A stretch of 64,000 bases of DNA from a virus (Duplodnaviria; Caudoviricetes). Location of the stretch: positions 1,140 through 65,139 of the IMG/VR virus record IMGVR_UViG_3300047094_001064; one strand, written 5' to 3'. The position numbers and the translations under genes are program-made. Positions 57,326 through 64,000 of the stretch are shown here, piece after piece. The notes beneath the pieces are model-generated. The model had not been told where the DNA came from. It was given only the letters and a program-made list of their open reading frames with translations, and searched no databases. The first letter of the stretch is position 1, and each line of letters opens with the position of its first letter.

Positions 57326-59941
57326 ATGGCAACTATAGATGTAGGACGTATAAAATTATCACTTCAAGGTGATTGGAGTAATTCAACAGTTTATACTGTT
57401 GGAGATATGGTTTTATTCAAAAATAAAATATGGATTTTAAAAAGAGCTTACACTCCTAACAGTTCTACAAACTATGCTCCAGGTACTAAGTCTATGGGGC
57501 ACCAAGAATTTATTTCTAAAGAAGATTTATTAACACGTACAAGTATTGGTGATTACGATTTATTTTCTGCTACTCAAAATTTAGGGCCAGGAAATACTAA
57601 TGAAGAAATTGGAGTAAATGACGAATATTTAACTATTAATGACGATCCTAGATTTGCATATAACTATAGACAATTTAAAAATACACATTCTGTAAAAGTT
57701 ACTGGAACTACACCTAACTTTAAATTTGTAATAGATGGTGTTACTGCTAACATAGGATCTGCTTTACAATTATTAGAAGGTGAAACTTACGGTTTTGAAC
57801 AACACGATCAAACGAATTATCTAATGCCTTTAAGCTTTAGTTTAGCAGCAGAACCGTCAGCAGTAAGTATGTTTGCTACAGGTAATGTAAAATATTTTTT
57901 AAATAATACTGAAGTAACAGAAACATTTTATAGAACACAATTTGCAACTGATGCTCTTTTTAGAAAATCTGCACATAGACGTGTAGAATTAACAGTTCCA
58001 ATTGGAAGTACGATTATATATCCATTTAATAATACTTACACTGCTTCTTATAACGGAACAGGAATTTCAGTAACTAAATCTTGGGAAGGTTATTTGTATT
58101 GGGACGAAGTACAAACAACTTTAAGATATAGAGGAGATTGGAGTTCTAATATTCAATACTATCATAATGATTTAGTAACAATAAAAAATTATCCTACACA
58201 TAAATTATTTGCTGCTCCAAGTCCTAATAGATTATTAACTATGGGTTCAGAATTATATAGATGTTTAGTTGATAATATAGATTGCGCTCCTGTTCGAGGA
58301 ACAATGGAAAAAACTAGATCGCCATTAATGACAGCGGCAACAACAACATCAGGAAGATTGTCTAGTAACGTAAATAGCAGACAAACAAAGTGGGAATCTT
58401 TTTCAGGAGATACAGAAAATAACGCAGCTGCGTGGTTTCCAAACCAAGGTCCTATAGCTTGGCCATATAAACATCATACTTGTAATGGTGCAAACGTTTA
58501 TAGATTAATTAAATACATTGATAAAAATGGAACGGTATGGGTAAGAGGTGGGGGTTCTGATGGAGATACAGCAAACGGAGATGGTAACGTAATATCTTTC
58601 TTTAGCGAAATTTGTTTTAAATTTAGAGAGTGGGACGATTCAGAAGATAGAAATAGAGGCGGATTTCAGGAACGCAGAGGAACAAAATATACAAGACACG
58701 GAAACGTTCCTAAATGTATTCAAATGGAACAAGGATATGGACACACTTTATACTTATTTGATAATGGAGAAGTAAAACATTCAGGATACGGCGGACACGG
58801 ACAAAATGGAACAGGTAACTTTACTAGTTATAACCAGCCTACAAACATAAATGGTTTAGAGCACGTAAGAATAATAAAAGTTGCTATGAATATAACACAA
58901 GAAGATACTGCTCATACTTGTATGGCATTATCTGAAGATGGTGACGTATATACTTGGGGTTATAATCTTTATGGTCAACTTGGTTTTGGTAGAACAGAAA
59001 ACTGGGCTTCTGCTAGAAAAATACCTAGAGAATATTTTGGTAATAGAAAAATTATTGATATAGCTATAAGCGGTAATGCTGAAGCTGCTTGTTTTGCTAG
59101 AACTTCTGATGATAATATTTATGCTTGGGGTAGAAATAACAGCGGTTGGTTGGGAACAAACGATACAACTGATAGATACAGACCAAATTTAATGCAAGGT
59201 TGGAACCCATCTGCAAATGGTGGAATTAGAGTGTTTCAAGTTGCTGGTTACGGTAGCAATGGTGTTGCATATATTTTAGATGGTAATGGTTTTATTTGGA
59301 GTTGTGGTTATGGTGGTATGGGAAATAGATTTTCTGGTAACACTTCCAACGTAAATACTTTTACACAGGCAACTGGTACACCAGGTGGTGACATAGTTGA
59401 TATATGGGCTGTACATTGGAATTCTTATCATAGCACATTTGCTAGACTTAAAAACGGAACTACTTATTTTGCAGGAGCTTCACGTACATATTACGTAGGC
59501 GCAACAGGTGCAACAGGTGATACTACTACACCAGCATTATTAAATGCTAAAATGAACAATTTAAAAGAAGTACATATTTTAGGTACTACTAGTGATGTTG
59601 CAACAGCTTATTATTTATTTGATAATGGTAAAATGCTAACACAGGGTTATGATAGTTATAATAGTTTACCAAATCCTTTTGCAGGTAGTAACTACACTGG
59701 AGAAGATGGAACATTTTTACCTTTTCACGCATATGTACCAGCAGGAACTAGAATTACATCAATATGTGGACAAGGTATATGGCAATCAACAAACTATTTT
59801 GGTATGATAAGTTTTTTAGGAACTGAAAATGGTCAATTATTTAGTTGGGGATATAGTGGTAATTATGTTCACGGTAGTAATGATTGGAATAACGGTGGAG
59901 ATAACGGCGGAATTATGACCCAAGGTGGTCAAGGAAGATAA
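57326..59941 (+). CDS. RCC1/BLIP-II repeat beta-propeller protein
   Basis: GEV.HSGYGGHGQ, GDVYTWGYNLYGQLG, IYAWGRN.SG.LG. Confidence 0.82.
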   Translation: MATIDVGRIKLSLQGDWSNSTVYTVGDMVLFKNKIWILKRAYTPNSSTNYAPGTKSMGHQEFISKEDLLTRTSIGDYDLFSATQNLGPGNTNEEIGVNDEYLTINDDPRFAYNYRQFKNTHSVKVTGTTPNFKFVIDGVTANIGSALQLLEGETYGFEQHDQTNYLMPLSFSLAAEPSAVSMFATGNVKYFLNNTEVTETFYRTQFATDALFRKSAHRRVELTVPIGSTIIYPFNNTYTASYNGTGISVTKSWEGYLYWDEVQTTLRYRGDWSSNIQYYHNDLVTIKNYPTHKLFAAPSPNRLLTMGSELYRCLVDNIDCAPVRGTMEKTRSPLMTAATTTSGRLSSNVNSRQTKWESFSGDTENNAAAWFPNQGPIAWPYKHHTCNGANVYRLIKYIDKNGTVWVRGGGSDGDTANGDGNVISFFSEICFKFREWDDSEDRNRGGFQERRGTKYTRHGNVPKCIQMEQGYGHTLYLFDNGEVKHSGYGGHGQNGTGNFTSYNQPTNINGLEHVRIIKVAMNITQEDTAHTCMALSEDGDVYTWGYNLYGQLGFGRTENWASARKIPREYFGNRKIIDIAISGNAEAACFARTSDDNIYAWGRNNSGWLGTNDTTDRYRPNLMQGWNPSANGGIRVFQVAGYGSNGVAYILDGNGFIWSCGYGGMGNRFSGNTSNVNTFTQATGTPGGDIVDIWAVHWNSYHSTFARLKNGTTYFAGASRTYYVGATGATGDTTTPALLNAKMNNLKEVHILGTTSDVATAYYLFDNGKMLTQGYDSYNSLPNPFAGSNYTGEDGTFLPFHAYVPAGTRITSICGQGIWQSTNYFGMISFLGTENGQLFSWGYSGNYVHGSNDWNNGGDNGGIMTQGGQGR

Positions 59942-59962
59942 TAAATAACAATAGGATAATTT

Positions 59963-60382
59963 ATGGCAAATCAAATATTTCAACTTAAAAACATATCAAT
60001 AGGTGATGATTATATTCACCCTACTTTAAAAGAAGGAAAAACTGTTTACAATATACAATATTTACATTCAAATAATACTCACGCATTCTTTTCTTTTAAT
60101 CCAGAAGATATAACTATAAAAACTGATGGAATTAATTTAAGTAAGTATGATGTAAAAATATTAGATAAAACTGATGAAGATAATGCAGAAGTATTAAATT
60201 TTATAAAATCTAATTCACAATATATTAAACTTGCAATTGTTGATATTGAAGCTAAAATATCAGCTAAATATTCTTTAGTAACTTTATTTTCTAAAATTGC
60301 GGCTAATGATTTAACTGTTAAATCAGAATTAGCAGCAAACCAACAAGAAAAAGCAGATTTTATTACAGGACTAGGATTTTAA
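59963..60382 (+). CDS. hypothetical protein (possible fibre chaperone)
   Basis: 139-aa ORF with AGGA RBS between RCC1-like genes; C-terminal helix ending LGF. Confidence 0.6.
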   Translation: MANQIFQLKNISIGDDYIHPTLKEGKTVYNIQYLHSNNTHAFFSFNPEDITIKTDGINLSKYDVKILDKTDEDNAEVLNFIKSNSQYIKLAIVDIEAKISAKYSLVTLFSKIAANDLTVKSELAANQQEKADFITGLGF

Positions 60383-60391
60383 ATAAAAAAA

Positions 60392-62560
60392 ATGTCAACT
60401 ATAGATATATCAAAAGTAAAATTAAAGTGGAAAGGCAAGTGGAGAGCTCGACAACAATATTTTAAAAATGATGTTGTTCAGTGGATGGGTAAATCTTTTA
60501 AATGTATAAAAGATACTCCTATTGAATTTGTTATTAGATCTAGTTCTAAAGTATCTTCTGGTAACTTTTCTTTTGATCCTCCTCAACTTGTAAGAAGAAG
60601 TTATAGACCAGAAAATCCTAAGTATTGGTCTTTATTTGTTAGAGGAACTGACAGAATTAAATTATGGAATTGGTTGAAACAATATTATCCAGGAGAAATG
60701 GTACGAGTTAAAGGTGAAGTATTTTTATGTACTAATACAACAAGATATAAAAATACATATGTAACTGAAACTAATTATTGGACTAAAATTTATCAATCTC
60801 CTAAAACTGCAAAGTATAGACACGAATCAATAATGTTTTGTAACCGTGCTCCATTAGGTTGGAAATATAATATGGGAGAAAATCAGTGGGGTGGTGGTGA
60901 TATGGGTTATAATACTACTGTTATTAATACTGACGGAACTTCAATGTGTATTGGCGGACCAGATTCTACATCAAGGAATGGTAGAGGTGCAGATGGTGTT
61001 GGTGGCTCTCAACAAATGGGAAAACATCAATATACAAATTTTACTTTTGTTGATTGGTTAACATCAACAGATCAATCTTCTTGGCAAACACAAGACAACA
61101 CTGGAAAGTTAACTACTCCGGATGGTAAATGTCCTAAAGTAATTCAAATTGCAGCCGGGTCTGATACAACTCTTTGGTTAATGAATAATGGTGAAGTATA
61201 TTCATCAGGATTTAATACTCAAGGTCAATTAGGTATTTCTAATACAACAAATTACGCTTACACAAATAGAGTTACAGCATCTGATACTACTGATTGGAAT
61301 GGAAACACTATACCAAATACTTTTAACCAAACAAAAATTGTAAAAGTTGGTATTACAAATCAAATGCAAACATCAAGTACTTCTTCTTGTTTCGCATTAG
61401 GAGAAGATGGTTCTGTTTGGGTATGGGGACATAATAACCAAGGTCAATTAGGATTAGGTAATCCTGGAGTAAACAACTCAGCTGATGCAAGTGGTTTTTA
61501 TACATCAAATCAAACAAGACCTAGAAGAATATGCCAAGATTTATTTGATGGAAAATTTATTATTGATATGTGGTGTAATGGTTCTGGTTCAGGAAGATTT
61601 TGGGCACTTGATGAAGAAGGTAAATTATGGGCTTGGGGTTATAACCAATATGGAGAATTAGGAGTTGGACATAGAGATGGTACTTACTATGTTTATCACC
61701 CAATGCCAGTTACAGTAGATTTTAAACAGTATGGTGGCGTTAAAAAATTTATGACAGTTTGTAATGACGCAGGTGTTACAACAACTTATGTTTTAGATCA
61801 CGAAGGTTGGTTATGGGCCTGTGGTTATACAACAGCTGGTTCAGTTCCTGGAGCTGTACCAACAGGAGGTACATCTACATTACAATGGGGTGCATTTAGA
61901 AGATTAGACTTTTATATGAATGGTGATATTGAAGAATTTTGGGTAGGTGGTGATGAATCACAATGGTGTATTATAAGACAAAAAAATTCAGATTTAGTTT
62001 GGCAAACAAACGGTAGATATTCTAACGGATCAGATGGTGCTGGTGTTCAACAATCTTCTTATTGGTATACTTCTGGTGGACAAGCAAACTCATTTAACGT
62101 TATAGATGGTCCTAGAGGTTGCAGATTTGCTGCAGGTCATTCTGTAAGTAGAGTAGATGCTTCTCAACAATGGGCGGATCCTATTATATTTGATGACGAT
62201 GGTGTTATGTGGGCCGGCGGAAGAAACTATTATGGTTTTTCATCATTAGGATTTGATGGGGCAAACGATACTGAATGGGCAGATGGGGGTCCTCATTCTC
62301 CAGATCAAGATATGAATGATAATGAATATAACTTTAATAAAAAGCGTAAACTTTTTGTTCAATCAGGTTTGTCAATCGTAGATATTCACGCATTTGGTTT
62401 TGGTTCAGCTACTATGTTTTGCTGGAGAGATGAAGCAGGTAAAATATTATTTGCTGGTTTCGATGGAACAGCTGCTACTTCTTATCAGTACAATAGATCC
62501 AGTGTTGTAGCAAGTGATGTTCGACATAGACATTTTATGCATAGTGGACCAAACGATTAA
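60392..62560 (+). CDS. RCC1/BLIP-II repeat beta-propeller protein
   Basis: GEVYSSGFN.QGQLG, GSVWVWGHN.QGQLG.G, GKLWAWGYNQYGELG.G. Confidence 0.82.
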   Translation: MSTIDISKVKLKWKGKWRARQQYFKNDVVQWMGKSFKCIKDTPIEFVIRSSSKVSSGNFSFDPPQLVRRSYRPENPKYWSLFVRGTDRIKLWNWLKQYYPGEMVRVKGEVFLCTNTTRYKNTYVTETNYWTKIYQSPKTAKYRHESIMFCNRAPLGWKYNMGENQWGGGDMGYNTTVINTDGTSMCIGGPDSTSRNGRGADGVGGSQQMGKHQYTNFTFVDWLTSTDQSSWQTQDNTGKLTTPDGKCPKVIQIAAGSDTTLWLMNNGEVYSSGFNTQGQLGISNTTNYAYTNRVTASDTTDWNGNTIPNTFNQTKIVKVGITNQMQTSSTSSCFALGEDGSVWVWGHNNQGQLGLGNPGVNNSADASGFYTSNQTRPRRICQDLFDGKFIIDMWCNGSGSGRFWALDEEGKLWAWGYNQYGELGVGHRDGTYYVYHPMPVTVDFKQYGGVKKFMTVCNDAGVTTTYVLDHEGWLWACGYTTAGSVPGAVPTGGTSTLQWGAFRRLDFYMNGDIEEFWVGGDESQWCIIRQKNSDLVWQTNGRYSNGSDGAGVQQSSYWYTSGGQANSFNVIDGPRGCRFAAGHSVSRVDASQQWADPIIFDDDGVMWAGGRNYYGFSSLGFDGANDTEWADGGPHSPDQDMNDNEYNFNKKRKLFVQSGLSIVDIHAFGFGSATMFCWRDEAGKILFAGFDGTAATSYQYNRSSVVASDVRHRHFMHSGPND

Positions 62561-62586
62561 ATTTAAAAATATGAAAACTTTATATT

Positions 62587-63165
62587 ATGGATATAAAACA
62601 GTTAACAGCTGAACATCATAAACTAGCAGAAAATCAAGATTTTGTAAAAATCCTTATGTCAGGAAATATTAATCCTGAATTGTATGGTATTTACATTTAC
62701 AATCTTTTACAATGTTATTCTGTATTAGAAAAATATTGTTTTGAAAATGGTTTGTTTAGACAAATTCCAAATATTGAAAGATCAGAAAGACTTGATTATG
62801 ATTACCGAAAACTTTGGCCTAATACTGATACTCCTCCTCGTATAACAGATAGTGTATTACGTTATATCTATCATTTAGATAGTATAAAAGACGAACCAGA
62901 AAAATTATTTGCTCACGTGTATGTAAGACATATGGGTGATTTATATGGTGGTCAAATGATAAAGAAAAAAACACCTGGACCTAATTCATATTTGGTTTTT
63001 ATAAAAACTGAACAATTAAAAAAAACAATAAGAGAACTAATTAATAATTATGTTTTAGCTTATCAAATTAATGTTGTAGCTGAAGCCAAATTATGTTTTG
63101 ATTATGCTACAGAACTATTTAAGGAGATGAATGATTTGGGAAAATCTTATACAGTGCAAAAATAA
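62587..63165 (+). CDS. hemO: heme oxygenase
   Basis: IK..T...H..AE (proximal His), Y..LE, AHVYVRHMGDLYGGQMI, EA..CF. Confidence 0.92.
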   Translation: MDIKQLTAEHHKLAENQDFVKILMSGNINPELYGIYIYNLLQCYSVLEKYCFENGLFRQIPNIERSERLDYDYRKLWPNTDTPPRITDSVLRYIYHLDSIKDEPEKLFAHVYVRHMGDLYGGQMIKKKTPGPNSYLVFIKTEQLKKTIRELINNYVLAYQINVVAEAKLCFDYATELFKEMNDLGKSYTVQK

Positions 63166-63814
63166 CATTATAGACATATTAGATATAAATTGTGAAGAAT
63201 ACTTTGAAGAAGGTATGACACAATTTAATAAAGAAGGCTGGGTTAATCGTACTTGGAGAAATGATAATATAAGACGAGCACACATTGATGTAGTAGATGC
63301 CAGAGAAACAAAAGGACTTTATATGATGCACGTTTGTTTATTCCCAGGTATTACAAATGGTGGACCTATTTACGGTTTTGATGTAATCGCAGGTAAGAAT
63401 AAAGTAACAGGTGCATTCCACGACTTTTCGCCTCTATTAAATAAAGAACACGCATTAACGAATTGGTTTATCAATGAAACGAAATGGTATAAACCGAGTA
63501 AAGAGAGAGAACTACCAGAATGGGCTAAGGCAATCTTCAGTAAAGGAATGATTGCCGCTGGTAATATACAGACAGAAGAAGAATTGTTCCAAGTCACAAC
63601 AATGGCCGAAAGTAATCTACATAATTACTTAGATAAAATTGGCGATTTTAAAAATGACTCAAAACAAGAAGATGTTATAAAAGCACAAAATTATTATTGT
63701 GAATATCAACAAAAAAATCCACATACACCTAGAGTAATGTTATCTTTAGGATTAAATGAACAAGATGTAATAGCCTTTAATAGGGACCATCTTTTTCCAA
63801 AGATAAATACTTAA
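63131..63814 (+). CDS. pcyX: ferredoxin-dependent bilin reductase (PcyA/PcyX-like)
   Basis: RRAH...VD....GL.MMH.C.FP.....PIYGFDVIAG..K.TGAFHDFSP, RELPEWA.AIFS, QN.YC..Q..NPHT.RV; coupled to hemO. Confidence 0.8.
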   Translation: MIWENLIQCKNNIIDILDINCEEYFEEGMTQFNKEGWVNRTWRNDNIRRAHIDVVDARETKGLYMMHVCLFPGITNGGPIYGFDVIAGKNKVTGAFHDFSPLLNKEHALTNWFINETKWYKPSKERELPEWAKAIFSKGMIAAGNIQTEEELFQVTTMAESNLHNYLDKIGDFKNDSKQEDVIKAQNYYCEYQQKNPHTPRVMLSLGLNEQDVIAFNRDHLFPKINT

Positions 63815-63815
63815 T

Positions 63816-64000
63816 ATGAAATACATTATTATTTTTTTGATGTTTTTGTCCTCAGTCGTAATGGCAGATGAAAAGAAAATATCTGATTTAGAAAAAAGAA
63901 TTAGTCAATTAGAATCAAACAAACTATCAATACCTAAAGGCCTTTTTATTACAGGTGAAGTTGAAGGTTATTATGATGACCGTACTTATGATAGTGGTTT
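63816..64000 (+). CDS. 3'-truncated exported protein, possibly an outer-membrane porin
   Basis: Signal peptide MKYIIIFLMFLSSVVMA, short coil DLEKRISQLE, then beta-like GLFITGEVEGYYDD; runs off the window. Confidence 0.5.
   Translation, partial: MKYIIIFLMFLSSVVMADEKKISDLEKRISQLESNKLSIPKGLFITGEVEGYYDDRTYDSG

Noticed and set aside
54571-62560. DGR or shufflon diversifying the RCC1 adhesins
   Set aside because: No reverse transcriptase, invertase, TR/VR pair or inverted crossover sites seen in the window.
1959-63597. Many short antisense or alternate-frame ORFs in the track (e.g. 3099..3527, 6110..6433, 15262..15561, 18175..18498, 24354..24773, 29353..29637)
   Set aside because: They lie within well-supported genes and are expected shadows of codon bias; no RBS or motifs.
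62587-63814. Cyanophage ho1-pebS/pcyA identity
   Set aside because: The FDBR motifs, very low GC and gp2/VrlC-type gene order fit SAR11-type myophages better, and no photosynthesis genes are in the window. Not fully excluded without phylogeny.
1-64000. tRNA, rRNA, intron, intein or homing endonuclease
   Set aside because: No cloverleaf, splice-like interruption, or LAGLIDADG/HNH/GIY-YIG motif recognised by eye.

Overview
A 64-kb, strongly AT-rich segment of a T4-like myovirus genome. Gene order and content (gp32; tape-measure candidate, holin, gp26/gp51, gp54, gp2, gp4; gp48, gp53, hub, gp5; PAAR, gp25, gp6, gp7, gp9-like, gp8, VrlC-like; a long fibre region; hemO plus an FDBR) resemble SAR11 (Pelagibacter/Fonsibacter) myophages of the HTVC008M type. 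The host is inferred, not shown. The window is mainly the tail/baseplate module, plus a virion-modification-like enzyme island (two glycosyltransferases, a 2OG hydroxylase, a radical SAM, a GNAT-like protein), three RCC1-like adhesin paralogues and a heme oxygenase/bilin reductase pair. The strongest unexplained signals are at RNA level. (1) A -1 frameshift cassette (T TTT TTC, 5-nt spacer, GC stem) would fuse gp26 to an otherwise start-less gp51-like tail. (2) A long-range inverted repeat starts right after the hub gene stop, ends on the gp5 Shine-Dalgarno, and loops out two micro-ORFs. (3) Many late promoters sit 4-7 nt before an ATG, implying leaderless mRNAs. All calls come from motif recognition by eye; no searches were run. 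No tRNA, rRNA, CRISPR array, integrase or reverse transcriptase was seen.
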